From a virus (lineage: Duplodnaviria; Caudoviricetes), in IMG/VR virus record IMGVR_UViG_3300023047_000002: a stretch of 64,000 nucleotides of DNA. One strand, given 5' to 3'. Of the stretch, positions 28,816-38,575 are shown piece by piece; positions within the stretch are counted from its first letter, which is position 1, and each line of letters starts with the position of its first letter. The notes under the pieces are model-generated. The model had not been told where the DNA came from, searched no databases, and was given only the letters and a program-made list of their open reading frames with translations. The translations under genes were made by a program, and so were the position numbers.

Positions 28816-30175
28816 TTTAATCTTGCTTATCGCGTCATTTCGCAAATTGATTGCCGCGTTGTGGTCACGATTATGTTCTACACCACATTCTGGGCAAATC
28901 CATTTACGAACGCTCAAATTCTTCACAGCTTCGTTCTTAAAACCACAATGACTGCACAACTGTGATGATGCGAACCACTTATCCGATTTAACCACGAAAC
29001 AGTTATGAAATTTGCTTTTCCATTCAAGCATATTCACAAACTTATTCCATGACACATCATTATAGTTTTTGGAATTGTGGCTGAAACGCATCATGCCTTT
29101 GATGTTCAACGTCTCAACACCAATCACTTCATAACTACGGACAAGACGTAAAGTTTCTTTCTCCATCCAATCACGTCTTTTGTTAGCTATGTGTTCCTCA
29201 AATTTTGCCAATCGTCGTCTAGCCTTTTCACGGTTTTTGGAGTCTTTCTTGGTTCTCGAAAAGTTCCTTTGCAAATGAGCCAGATGACGTTTTGCTTCTT
29301 GCTTGAATGGAACATAATTGTGTGCTGAGTGATTGTTTGAGTCAATGTAAGCCTTTGATGGTGAAAAATCCAGTCCGATAGCTTGGTTATCGTTACCAGA
29401 AAAAGACTTCTCTCTATCGTTCAAACTTTCATAGACGCAACAAATCGAAGCATAACAGCGTCCAGATTTTGTCACTTCGACGGTCAAATTCTTTCTCTTG
29501 ATGCCTTTAGTATGGAACCATGCAGGAATGTGGTTATGACGAAACGTTACTTTGCCAATCTTTGGAATTTTAAGCCACATCTCATGTTCTGAAATAAGAT
29601 CCTCCGACAGCATTACCTCGCTGAAAGAACAACCATCCTTTTTCTTCTTGAAACGTGGTTTTCCTTTCTTGCCCTTAAAGAACTCAGAGTATGATTTTTG
29701 AGCATCACGCCTAGCCTGTTGCAGAGCAACGGATGAAACTTCCTTCAGAAAAGGAAACAACTCACAAAGATCTTTCTCTAATGTGTATTTGAACCCTTTA
29801 TAAATCTTGTTCTTTTCGTCTTTGTTCAGGTTACGACCTTTGATGTTATCAGCGTAAAATTGTTCCCTTGCTTCGACGTATTTGTTGTAGACAAAACGAC
29901 GGCATCCACCAGTTTTGATGAACATTTGAAGTTGTTCTGGTGTTGGGTACAATCTGATTTTAAGACTACGCTTAATTTCCATTGGTAACTGACCTGTGTT
30001 ACTGACCGATATGTGTGGTGGCAAACACTCGGTCAAAGTGTCTTTCGGGGATCAGCCTAGCCACCAAACATATAAATAGCATAACATGATGCTTCTTTCA
30101 AGTGCTTGTTTCAATTAAATTGGCTAGCTTTCATCCCACGGTCTAAAGCCCTTTGGTTTTCAAGCTCACAGTATG
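28644..30175 (-). mobile_element. IS200/IS605-family (IS1341-like, tnpB-only) element
   Basis: Left end TTTAT|CATACTGTGAGC...hairpin at 30125-30175; right-end hairpin ending GTAGTTCAC at 28644; no tnpA. Confidence 0.88.
28660..29982 (-). CDS. tnpB: RNA-guided endonuclease TnpB
   Basis: KIRLYPT HTH; RuvC IGLD / GVETL / RDHNAAIN; Zn finger CSHC-CPEC. Confidence 0.95.
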   Translation of the reverse strand: MEIKRSLKIRLYPTPEQLQMFIKTGGCRRFVYNKYVEAREQFYADNIKGRNLNKDEKNKIYKGFKYTLEKDLCELFPFLKEVSSVALQQARRDAQKSYSEFFKGKKGKPRFKKKKDGCSFSEVMLSEDLISEHEMWLKIPKIGKVTFRHNHIPAWFHTKGIKRKNLTVEVTKSGRCYASICCVYESLNDREKSFSGNDNQAIGLDFSPSKAYIDSNNHSAHNYVPFKQEAKRHLAHLQRNFSRTKKDSKNREKARRRLAKFEEHIANKRRDWMEKETLRLVRSYEVIGVETLNIKGMMRFSHNSKNYNDVSWNKFVNMLEWKSKFHNCFVVKSDKWFASSQLCSHCGFKNEAVKNLSVRKWICPECGVEHNRDHNAAINLRNDAISKIKSTVGTIGTYACGGQGSKTRFNSSRVDCSLKQEIQFVRMDKSNSNEFEAHRL

Positions 30176-30269
30176 ATAAATGCCTCGCGATCATTCACAT
30201 TCCTGTAACTTTCAATCTGTATCCCAATATTCCGTATCATCACAGTCATCCTTGATCAGATAAGTTATT

Positions 30270-30695
30270 TTAGACTGATTTCCAATGAACCCTTCCATCC
30301 TCAAATCCATTCTCACGTTTGTTTGACAAGCCAGGCATCCTTTTTCCGTTTAATAATATCACAGCTTCGCAGTATAACTCATCATCACAGGACATGCCAC
30401 GAAGACACCCGATCATAATATGACAGGCATCATATACGGTTGTAAACACATTCAGATTACGCCACGGTAAAGGTTTTTTTGGGTAATGGTAATACTTGAC
30501 ACATAAAGTGCATTTCTTACTGTTTCTACCTGTTTGAACGCCAAGAAGTTCGCCTCTTGCAGTCACTGCATCGAGATGTTTGTCTCCATGTTGATTGATT
30601 TTAATGGTTTCTTCAAGCTGCTCTAAACTTACTTTGTCATTCCGTGCCATCGTGTTCTTTATCCTGAGTATTTTCCTTGTGGTTTTTCTGTTCAC
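30270..30695 (-). CDS. Hypothetical protein whose 3' end carries the TnpB guide match
   Basis: 141-aa ORF ending GLSNKRENGFEDGRVHWKSV. Confidence 0.55.
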   Translation of the reverse strand: MNRKTTRKILRIKNTMARNDKVSLEQLEETIKINQHGDKHLDAVTARGELLGVQTGRNSKKCTLCVKYYHYPKKPLPWRNLNVFTTVYDACHIMIGCLRGMSCDDELYCEAVILLNGKRMPGLSNKRENGFEDGRVHWKSV

Positions 30696-31473
30696 GCTCT
30701 GCCTCTGTTACCATCTCTAACATACGTGCAACCGTGTCAGGAGACATTGCAATAAGCATGTTATACAGCGAATCGACCTTCTTGTCATTCTCTGTCTGCA
30801 CGGTCTGTATCACTTTTCTAGCTTGTTCAAGAGTTTCCGTAGCTGTATCTTTCGCATTTCGGTAAACAGACTTTATCTGGTCAAAGTCCAGATGAAGAAG
30901 ATCATCCGGATTAAAGATTATCTGTTCTGCAGCATCAATGAAACGAAACAGACGTGGAAGACTGCCCAAGCGCATCGCAGAAAAGTAAGTCAAATACGCA
31001 TTGATTCGGCTTTGAATCGTAGGCATGTTGTCCACAACATCCTGTGGTAAGTCAGACAATACCTGCGTAAGTCCTGCAAACTGTATTTCAGGCTCTTCGA
31101 CGAATGGAACATTACGAATCGGTGCGTACTGAGTGATTGGAAATTCGTTCGACTGTACCTGTGAAGTAGTTTCAACAATGACATCCGGCTCTTTCTTTGT
31201 ATGTCGTTTTGTGCTTTTTTGAACGTATTGCGTCGTAGGTTTATTTTGAGACAACTTCTTTTCAGCAGCCGGTTTCTCTTTGGAAGACTTACGTACAGTT
31301 GTCTTAGAAGACTTCTTCACAGGAGGTTTTCGGGGTTTCACTGTCGATTTCTTTTTATTGGACACGTCAGTCTCAGTCGAATGTTTGTCCATATTTCCAA
31401 GAGACCATACGTCATCAACAGATTTGTCTTCCTTAATACGGGTCTTCTTTTCTGTGTCTTTTTTCTTAGCCAT
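30637..31473 (-). CDS. Hypothetical protein with Lys-rich N-terminus and helical C-terminus
   Basis: ORF with AGGAG RBS. Confidence 0.7.
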   Translation of the reverse strand: MAKKKDTEKKTRIKEDKSVDDVWSLGNMDKHSTETDVSNKKKSTVKPRKPPVKKSSKTTVRKSSKEKPAAEKKLSQNKPTTQYVQKSTKRHTKKEPDVIVETTSQVQSNEFPITQYAPIRNVPFVEEPEIQFAGLTQVLSDLPQDVVDNMPTIQSRINAYLTYFSAMRLGSLPRLFRFIDAAEQIIFNPDDLLHLDFDQIKSVYRNAKDTATETLEQARKVIQTVQTENDKKVDSLYNMLIAMSPDTVARMLEMVTEAEREQKNHKENTQDKEHDGTE

Positions 31474-31724
31474 TATGCGTATCTCCTAGTCAACAGCATT
31501 ACTATACGAAGTTATGATAGTTTGCTTTCTGCTCGATTTTAGTGACCTACCAAATGGCTAAAATACGTTTGCTTTCGGATTGAATCCTTATCAAATCCTC
31601 TAGTGAGCTGCAAGAAACTCTTGTATTCAAAGATGGATGCACTCTATAACATGGACAACATTATTGCCCATGTATGGGTCATCTCCATAAATATCCGTAA
31701 CCGAATTGAAGACACCTAAATACC

Positions 31725-32600
31725 ATGTACAGTTCAATACTGATTAACGTAAAAGACGAACACAGGTATCTCCCAGAATGGATTGAACACCATCTGAATC
31801 TTGGCTTCGACCACATCTACGTTGTTGAAGACTTCAACTCTTCAAGCCATAGGGAACTTATCGACAAGTACATACAGACGAAGACGTTATCGCTTCATCG
31901 CATGGAAGACTTTGGAATCCTCGACGAGCAGAAAAATTATACACCGTGGCGTCAGGTATGGATGTATAACAGATTTTTCACCTCAGGATTGGTACAGCCA
32001 CATAAAGACGAATGGTGCGTGTTCCTCGACACGGATGAGTTCCTGATGTTTAAAGACGGGTATACACTCAACAACTGGATATCCGACCTGGAAACGAAAG
32101 CACGTGAAACCGGCGATTGGTTTTCATACATCGTGTTGCGAAACTTCAATGCAAGTGGTCACATCTATGCTCCAAACGTACCTACAGTACAAGCATATAA
32201 ACAATGGGAATACAGAGACAACGACATGCTGTGCAAGTCAGTGGTCAATGTCTCAAGACCTTATAAATTCTTCTGTATCCAACGTGCGATGAGATACGAA
32301 CAAACACAGCCTAGCAAACCACATGCACAGGAATTAGATACAGGTAATGTGTGGATAAATCATTATTTCACAAAGTCATGGGAAGACTGGCTGATTCGTA
32401 TGAGACGTGGGTCACAAGACCCGAACCTTCGCAAACTTGAACAGTTCTTTGACATCTACAATAAAGATATGATGCGTTACAAATCACTTCTCATAGACTC
32501 ATTCTATATGTGTCAGGATGAGTGGATGCAGGGTGGAACTGAGTTCATACCACAAGAGATTGCTCCTTGTATTGATGTTCTGAAAAGCTCTCTTCCGTGA
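31725..32600 (+). CDS. Glycosyltransferase (GT2/GT92-like)
   Basis: VKDEHRYLPEWIEHHLNLGFDHIYV, DxD motif FLDTDEFL, and INHYFTKS. Confidence 0.85.
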   Translation: MYSSILINVKDEHRYLPEWIEHHLNLGFDHIYVVEDFNSSSHRELIDKYIQTKTLSLHRMEDFGILDEQKNYTPWRQVWMYNRFFTSGLVQPHKDEWCVFLDTDEFLMFKDGYTLNNWISDLETKARETGDWFSYIVLRNFNASGHIYAPNVPTVQAYKQWEYRDNDMLCKSVVNVSRPYKFFCIQRAMRYEQTQPSKPHAQELDTGNVWINHYFTKSWEDWLIRMRRGSQDPNLRKLEQFFDIYNKDMMRYKSLLIDSFYMCQDEWMQGGTEFIPQEIAPCIDVLKSSLP

Positions 32601-32644
32601 GCTACCCACAGCTCGAATCTGTTAAATGTCAGTTGGTAGTTCAC
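32597..32644. repeat. Degenerate right-end/right-end palindrome
   Basis: GTGAGCTACCCAC...GTTGGTAGTTCAC; contains the glycosyltransferase TGA stop. Confidence 0.65.
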
Positions 32645-32736
32645 CTCTCCTGAAAAATCTCCGATGAAGTCTGTGCAGTCATGTTAGGCGAAATTGACTC
32701 CCTTGAGTGTTATGCACGATGACATAGATCAGAAAT

Positions 32737-32786
32737 AAAAGACAAAAACCACAAGCCAAATAAAGGCTTGTGGTTTTTGTCTTTTT
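32737..32786. terminator. Bidirectional intrinsic terminator-like hairpin
   Basis: AAAAGACAAAAACCACAAGCC / GGCTTGTGGTTTTTGTCTTTT. Confidence 0.75.
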
Positions 32787-32787
32787 C

Positions 32788-32829
32788 ATGGTGCTGTTTT
32801 AATCCCTTGGTTTTCTTTTGTGGTAGTGT
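32788..32829 (+). promoter_or_regulatory. GTGGTGCTG-class promoter
   Basis: ATGGTGCTG-N27-TAGTGT with TGg extension, followed by a leader hairpin. Confidence 0.6.
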
Positions 32830-32877
32830 CGCTATAAGACAAAATGGGTTTGTCTTATATTATAGCAGAGGATTGAA

Positions 32878-33369
32878 ATGGCACTAATATGGAAAAAGAA
32901 ACGAATGATACGGTCTGAAAGGATTCATCGAATCATCGAGATGGCTCTTAAAAAAGCTAAATACCAAGATCGTGTCGCTGATTTGCTGCCACAGATTGCA
33001 CAGAATTGGTGTCTTTGTACATATTGCCGAATGTACGACCCAGACAACATAAATTACCGTGGGTGGCGTAAAGAACTCATCGCTCATATAGGAATGCTTA
33101 AATCGATTCCTGTAAAAGGCGATAAGGAAAAATGGACACGAGATGAAGTCATAAATACAAGCGAGTATAACAATGTGGATGTAATTCGCTGTGTATGTGA
33201 CTTCAAACTTGACGATGAGGATGAAATTGACTTCACGCAATCAATAAGAAAAGATCTGTATCGTGATTGTGCAGAGAATGCAGAAACAATCGTGTCGCTT
33301 ATCTCAAGTGATTCGTTGCCCTCAGAAAAGCTCTATAAGATATTCCCACTTAAAACAGATCGATTCTGA
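32878..33369 (+). CDS. EMA...NWCL family protein (paralog 2)
   Basis: IIEMALKKAKYQ...QNWCLCTYC...WRKEL. Confidence 0.75.
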   Translation: MALIWKKKRMIRSERIHRIIEMALKKAKYQDRVADLLPQIAQNWCLCTYCRMYDPDNINYRGWRKELIAHIGMLKSIPVKGDKEKWTRDEVINTSEYNNVDVIRCVCDFKLDDEDEIDFTQSIRKDLYRDCAENAETIVSLISSDSLPSEKLYKIFPLKTDRF

Positions 33370-33393
33370 CAGAAAATGAGGTGAACATTAATT

Positions 33394-33903
33394 ATGATAC
33401 GCATAAGTCATGCAGTTAAAAAACAACGCTTTATTCTTGAGATGGCTTTTAACAAAAGTCAATTTCAGACACGTGTGTTAAACCTTGCAAAGCAGATTGC
33501 TGAAAACTGGTGTCTCTGTCAATATTGCCATAAATATGAAAAGACTTTTCCTACGTATGTCCACTGGAAAAGCGAGCTTGAAGGATATCTTGACGAGTTA
33601 AACACAATGTCCATTGACAATGATAGATCACGTGAGAAGTGGAGCCTTGAAATTCTCAGAAAGGGAGACTTTGATGACGCTCAAAAAGTTTTCCGACAAT
33701 GCAAAAGGAAATTCATGATAGAGCATGTGCTGAACATGCCAAAAAATTCGCAGATAGAAGTGTGTGATGACTTTGCCAACATGATTGAGGATATCTCAAA
33801 ATGTATCGGAAGCGTTGACGGCATTGTCCCGTTCACATGCAAATGGTTTCCTGAAGTGTTGACAACCTTCGACATCCGATGGAGATCCGAACACAAATAT
33901 TAA
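33394..33903 (+). CDS. EMA...NWCL family protein (paralog 3)
   Basis: ILEMAFNKSQFQ...ENWCLCQYC...HWKSEL. Confidence 0.75.
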   Translation: MIRISHAVKKQRFILEMAFNKSQFQTRVLNLAKQIAENWCLCQYCHKYEKTFPTYVHWKSELEGYLDELNTMSIDNDRSREKWSLEILRKGDFDDAQKVFRQCKRKFMIEHVLNMPKNSQIEVCDDFANMIEDISKCIGSVDGIVPFTCKWFPEVLTTFDIRWRSEHKY

Positions 33904-33916
33904 AGGATGTGAATCA

Positions 33917-34525
33917 ATGGCACGACAAAATAAAACAATCAAACCTAATACAGAAGAGAAAAAGCAACAAGAGCAACAGGAACTTGAAGAGCTCAAGCTC
34001 AGAATGGATAAGATGAAAGCCGAAGAAGAGCGACTAAAAGCAAACACGGTTCCAACGGCTGAGTATCTTGAAAACATTCGCAAAACGCATAAAGACCCGT
34101 ATTGGATGTCGTATGAAGTGGTACAGATAAAGCTCGGATCACCCATACAGACGATTTTCACTAGCGAACATTACTACGAGGCATTCGACGTTTTCAAGGA
34201 ATACTTCGAGAAAGATAAACACGCCAGAATGGATTTGGTCGTTCGTGAGGTACGTGATGGCACACCTATTTTCAGAACAATCGTAGCTGAATTTGAGGTA
34301 GCGGGAGCACATGGGGATGTGACATCTGATGGAAGACAAACACTTTCATCGTTTGCTAGTCCGACCGATTATGGACGTTTTGGCCCTAGTGTGTACAATC
34401 AAACGTACAAAGATGCTAAATGGGCAGGATATGAGGCATACTCTCGCCCCCTAAAGACTTTCAGTTATGGAGATTGTAGCAGTGGTTTTGACCAGAAAAG
34501 CGAGCCGAAAGCCCACCCGCTTTAG
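33917..34525 (+). CDS. Hypothetical protein; C-terminus and stop supplied by a mini-element
   Basis: Ends DQKSEPKAHPL* inside 34493-34541. Confidence 0.7.
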   Translation: MARQNKTIKPNTEEKKQQEQQELEELKLRMDKMKAEEERLKANTVPTAEYLENIRKTHKDPYWMSYEVVQIKLGSPIQTIFTSEHYYEAFDVFKEYFEKDKHARMDLVVREVRDGTPIFRTIVAEFEVAGAHGDVTSDGRQTLSSFASPTDYGRFGPSVYNQTYKDAKWAGYEAYSRPLKTFSYGDCSSGFDQKSEPKAHPL

Positions 34526-34541
34526 CGGGTGGGTAGTTGAC
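34493..34541 (+). mobile_element. 49-bp IS200/IS605 mini-element
   Basis: TTGAC|CAGAAAAGCGAGCCGAAAGCCCACCCGCTTTAGCGGGTGGGTAGTTGAC. Confidence 0.8.
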
Positions 34542-34762
34542 TAAAGGTGGTGTGAACTTTCTTTATATGCAACAGTTTGAGAACCCATCCCTGAAGTATG
34601 AGACCCTAACGTATCTAAAACAGGTGATGTTTCTTTAGGCAAAGGTTGTGCTTGCGTCGTATCGTTTTCGTATAACAAAGCAAAAAGTACAGCGCAAACA
34701 ATGATAGTGAACACCATATAGATGCTTTTTATTATGTTCATTTCGGTTACCTGTATGTTCAA
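34541..34762 (-). CDS. Small membrane protein
   Basis: N-terminal hydrophobic helix; the stop abuts the mini-element. Confidence 0.5.
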   Translation of the reverse strand: MNIQVTEMNIIKSIYMVFTIIVCAVLFALLYENDTTQAQPLPKETSPVLDTLGSHTSGMGSQTVAYKESSHHL

Positions 34763-34773
34763 AAGTTGTATTC

Positions 34774-36333
34774 TTAATACAGAACGAATGCAGAAGCATT
34801 CGTGGACGTTCTGAAACTCGTGTATTTTGCAACAATGTCACTCTGAGACTTCATTTGCTGAAGACCATTCTCTTTACATACGTCGGCATCCGTACTAAAG
34901 ATAACATCACGCCATTTCTCAAAAACACGATAAGAAGTCATGTTGTCCGTACCCGCAGAGTTTCCAAAAATGCTTTTAATCTGGTTCACAAGAACTTTAG
35001 CATAAGACGCTTTGTCAGAAGTCTGCATTTGCTGTAATTGTGTACGAACCTGTGATGGGTCTTCCGTTTCAGGGCTATGTCCCATCTGTTGTTGTGCTTG
35101 TATCTGATTAGCAGGCTGCTGTGCATTAGCCACGACATCCTGACCATTTGCTGTTGCGGCATCAAGCAAAGCATTTCCTGTTGTGCCCTGTGTCGTCTGT
35201 GTGCCAGTTCCACCAGAAGTGCCCTTCATTGATTTACCAAGGGACTTGGCAAGATCGTCATCTAATTCTGCTGCACTGGCTAACGGTCTTAATGCACTCC
35301 ATGCATCATCTTTACTTGACTGTGATTCATGATTCCACGGAATAATAACCATGTTAATGCATGGAATACCATCAGTAGTCTGGTTGGTTCCAACAGAGAA
35401 TGTGCACCTTCCAAGCCATGGTAATTTATCTGTACGGACAGCAGACATGGATGCAATCAATTTTGCCTGGTAGTTAGAGCCGGACAACGCAGTCATTCCC
35501 TGCGTAAACTGTCCTTTTAGGAACAGAGGAGCGGCTTCTTCAAACATCTCAAGTAATGACTTCGAGTCTCTTTCAGTTTCTGACGTATTTGAGGTCGCAT
35601 TCTGATTATCGCCATCCGCTTCATACGCACGCAAAATCTTAAAAGGAATCATGTTTCCGTTCTTATCCCTGCGAACAAACGATTCCTTTTTACCGGCTTC
35701 GCCTGTATTACCTGTGTTTGAGGTTGTGTTGTCCGAACCTTTACTTGCTTGTGCCTGAGCTGCAAGAGCATCATCCTGCGTGCTCTGTGCCTGTTGAGTT
35801 TGTTTCGGTTCTTCATTAGGTTTGTTATCATCCACCTGATTAACAGATGCGACTTCCAATATCTGTAACAGGTAAATTGTCGCACCCTCAGCGTAACCTT
35901 TCGAGTCATAACATGCAGTACCAACCACAATTACGCTGTCATCAAAAGCGTCTCTGTTAATCATGTCGTAGAACGTATTGCTGTCTCCGCCAACGAACTT
36001 CACAGGGTTCGTCTGCGTAGAAATAAGACGTGTTTTTCCATTGACTGTTTTTGCCTCAAACCCTCTTATTTCTTCACCGGCAGTGGAAGGGAACTCGACG
36101 TACACCTGACCTTTTTGCTTTGCTACATCGCACAGACCTTCTCGGAACAACTTCTCTACTGTCTTGAGACGGCTTTCTTCGATACATGGTTTTGTTCTGC
36201 GATAGAATGACTTGCTTTTCAGCGACAGTTTGTTGAGTTCTAATGTACTTTCTGAATCATTGTCTCCACGTGCTTCTGTGAAAGTTATGTTTGTGGTTGT
36301 CATATTGGATTTATTTTTATTGAACAAAATCAT
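34774..36333 (-). CDS. Hypothetical virion-associated protein with Gln/Thr-rich linkers
   Basis: Likely start MILFNKNK after GAGGA. Confidence 0.65.
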   Translation of the reverse strand: MILFNKNKSNMTTTNITFTEARGDNDSESTLELNKLSLKSKSFYRRTKPCIEESRLKTVEKLFREGLCDVAKQKGQVYVEFPSTAGEEIRGFEAKTVNGKTRLISTQTNPVKFVGGDSNTFYDMINRDAFDDSVIVVGTACYDSKGYAEGATIYLLQILEVASVNQVDDNKPNEEPKQTQQAQSTQDDALAAQAQASKGSDNTTSNTGNTGEAGKKESFVRRDKNGNMIPFKILRAYEADGDNQNATSNTSETERDSKSLLEMFEEAAPLFLKGQFTQGMTALSGSNYQAKLIASMSAVRTDKLPWLGRCTFSVGTNQTTDGIPCINMVIIPWNHESQSSKDDAWSALRPLASAAELDDDLAKSLGKSMKGTSGGTGTQTTQGTTGNALLDAATANGQDVVANAQQPANQIQAQQQMGHSPETEDPSQVRTQLQQMQTSDKASYAKVLVNQIKSIFGNSAGTDNMTSYRVFEKWRDVIFSTDADVCKENGLQQMKSQSDIVAKYTSFRTSTNASAFVLY

Positions 36334-36379
36334 CGCAGTCCTCAATAAGTACGTCAGATGAAGACATAAGACAAAAAGA

Positions 36380-36860
36380 TTTCCTTTGAGATATGCAGTC
36401 TGCCCTTCCCAAAGGAAACAAATGGTTGCGTTAATTTGGCAACGCAACACCTACACATCTTTGATAACATCTATGGTTATCATGTCGCTATTTATTGCTG
36501 TAAGCCACCAACATGAAAGTCAGTGTAATGCGTATTGTCATTTACGACAACGACAATACGGCTTCCCCTCGACAAAGCATCAACTGAGTTGAACGAACTG
36601 GGGAGGCATCATAACGTTTCATTAAAGTTGATGCATAGTTCCTAAGAGATGAGTCTGTTCTCTTCAGTATGACATTTACTACGGGCGTTTTAGAGGTAGT
36701 ACACCCATATTAAATGCCATACCTCTGAGACGGACGAGACTGTGTGAATCAACGGATACGTGCGTTACACCTGTAATAAATGTCATACCTCTGAGACATC
36801 TAATGGAGGTTTAAAATGCCACACCTACGAGATACGTATCTAATGACCGGGAGGCATACA
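36380..36860. other. Structured non-coding region with 21-bp repeats (candidate ncRNA or origin)
   Basis: At least five hairpins, three direct copies and one inverted copy of TAAATGYCATACCTCTGAGAC. Confidence 0.5.
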
Positions 36861-36875
36861 AGAGAAAACCAATAA

Positions 36876-38555
36876 TCAAGACAACGACCAGTTTCCGTTA
36901 AGAAAATCGTTATACGAACCTATAAGACCCTTTCCTCCTTTTTCTGTGTTTTCTGCTGCTTCTTTCGTTGCTTTAGTTGAGGATTTATTACCGTTTTTGC
37001 TACGACTTTTTATTGTCTTTCCAAGACCTTTCTGCCAGAGTAATGATTTCTTAATATAGTCCATTCGGCTTCGGTCAATCTCTACGTAATCGCATGTGAT
37101 GGATGATCTGCACTCCGCCCCCATCAGACGGTCAATCAGTGCAAGGTGGTCTTTGAAGAGCATAATTTTGTACGAATCGATTGTACCTTCTACTTCAAGC
37201 AGATACACATGTTGTTTCTTGTATGCTGAATCGACGCGACAAATTCTACCGACTGTCTGAATAACATTCTGAACACTGAACGAGGTGTTAAACATGATAA
37301 TGTTATTCGCTTTCTGCAGGTTTCGTGAAGCAGTACCTGATGAAGTCATAATTACAACGTCACGCGGTTGCATGATTACTTCAATCTCAGAACGTTTGTT
37401 TTCAGGGATTTCTCCTGACAGGATATGGACTGTATGGACGCCAAACTCTGTTCGGTGTTTCTCAACAAATTCACGGACAAGTTCTACGGTCTCAAGGTAC
37501 TCGACATAAATCAAACATGCCTCATTTCGGTTCATCACAAGTTTTAACGTTTCTGACAAGAGCTTGAATTTGTTTGAGACAAAACCCTCAGGCAACGACA
37601 AGGTATTACCACCATCGTCTGTAATCGGATTGCCATCAACAACACGCTGCAAATCGTGAAGTCTTGCTCCCCAGTCCTTTTCATCCTTGGTCACCAGGAG
37701 ACCCTGTGCAGCACTAACATAAGCATCTGAAAGTTCATCATCTAATATGGTCTTCAGAAACGAGTACTCTACATCATAAGTTTTTGCACCCTTGATAGTT
37801 AGCATGTCGATGTACTTGTTCAGCTCTTCCATATTTTGGTAGCCAATGATTTCCTTGATTATACGCTTGTGCTGATACGGATTAAATGCCTGACCCTTTT
37901 TACGCATGTAAATCTCACGGTCTTTTGTCACACAATATCTGTCACGAAATGCGAACCATGAAGTAAACACACGAGGGAACGTGAAGTGGTACAGGTTATA
38001 AAGTCCCTCAATGCTGTTTACGAGTGGTGTACCGGTTAAGCAGTACACGCCAATACATTTCTGACGTACTGACCATAACGACTTTGACAACTCACTCTTT
38101 TCGTTCTGCAAGCAATGTGCTTCATCTATGAACAGGTATGTCGGGAATGTTTCTGTTATTCGTAACAAAGCTGGAACAATCTGTTTCAGATAGGTATGTT
38201 CCACAATGATGATTTCGTGGTTCATCACCTGTTCCCATGTTGCATCTTTGTTCTTTACCGTAAGCAAAAGGTATGGCTTTCCTATCTTCGTAACACACTC
38301 ACGTTCATACGCAATGGACGCAGCTTTCGGAACTGCAAAAATACATCTAACGGGTGCTTTAAACCCTTCAACGCCTTTAGCACAAAGCTCCATCGCATAA
38401 TGCAGCGACAGAAGCGTTTTGCCGCAGCCACACTGTAACGCAATGACTGAAGACTTCATCTTTCTCAGCTTATCAAGAGCCGTTTCTTGTTCTTGATTCA
38501 ACGAATATCCCGTGTATACCCACGTATCTCTAAAGTCAGTTTTTTTCTTTGCCAT
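36876..38555 (-). CDS. SNF2-like superfamily 2 helicase
   Basis: Motifs QCGCGKT, IDEAH, LTGTP and QTVGRICR. Confidence 0.88.
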   Translation of the reverse strand: MAKKKTDFRDTWVYTGYSLNQEQETALDKLRKMKSSVIALQCGCGKTLLSLHYAMELCAKGVEGFKAPVRCIFAVPKAASIAYERECVTKIGKPYLLLTVKNKDATWEQVMNHEIIIVEHTYLKQIVPALLRITETFPTYLFIDEAHCLQNEKSELSKSLWSVRQKCIGVYCLTGTPLVNSIEGLYNLYHFTFPRVFTSWFAFRDRYCVTKDREIYMRKKGQAFNPYQHKRIIKEIIGYQNMEELNKYIDMLTIKGAKTYDVEYSFLKTILDDELSDAYVSAAQGLLVTKDEKDWGARLHDLQRVVDGNPITDDGGNTLSLPEGFVSNKFKLLSETLKLVMNRNEACLIYVEYLETVELVREFVEKHRTEFGVHTVHILSGEIPENKRSEIEVIMQPRDVVIMTSSGTASRNLQKANNIIMFNTSFSVQNVIQTVGRICRVDSAYKKQHVYLLEVEGTIDSYKIMLFKDHLALIDRLMGAECRSSITCDYVEIDRSRMDYIKKSLLWQKGLGKTIKSRSKNGNKSSTKATKEAAENTEKGGKGLIGSYNDFLNGNWSLS

Positions 38556-38575
38556 GTTGTTTCCTACCTATATGA

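Noticed and set aside
28660-29982. Nuclease-dead TnpB (TldR-like regulator) driving the GTGGTGCTG promoters
   Set aside because: All three RuvC acidic residues are present and the guide has no similarity to the promoter box.
36711-36833. CRISPR mini-array
   Set aside because: Only three 21-bp repeats with unequal spacers (45 and 15 nt), one inverted copy nearby, and no cas genes.
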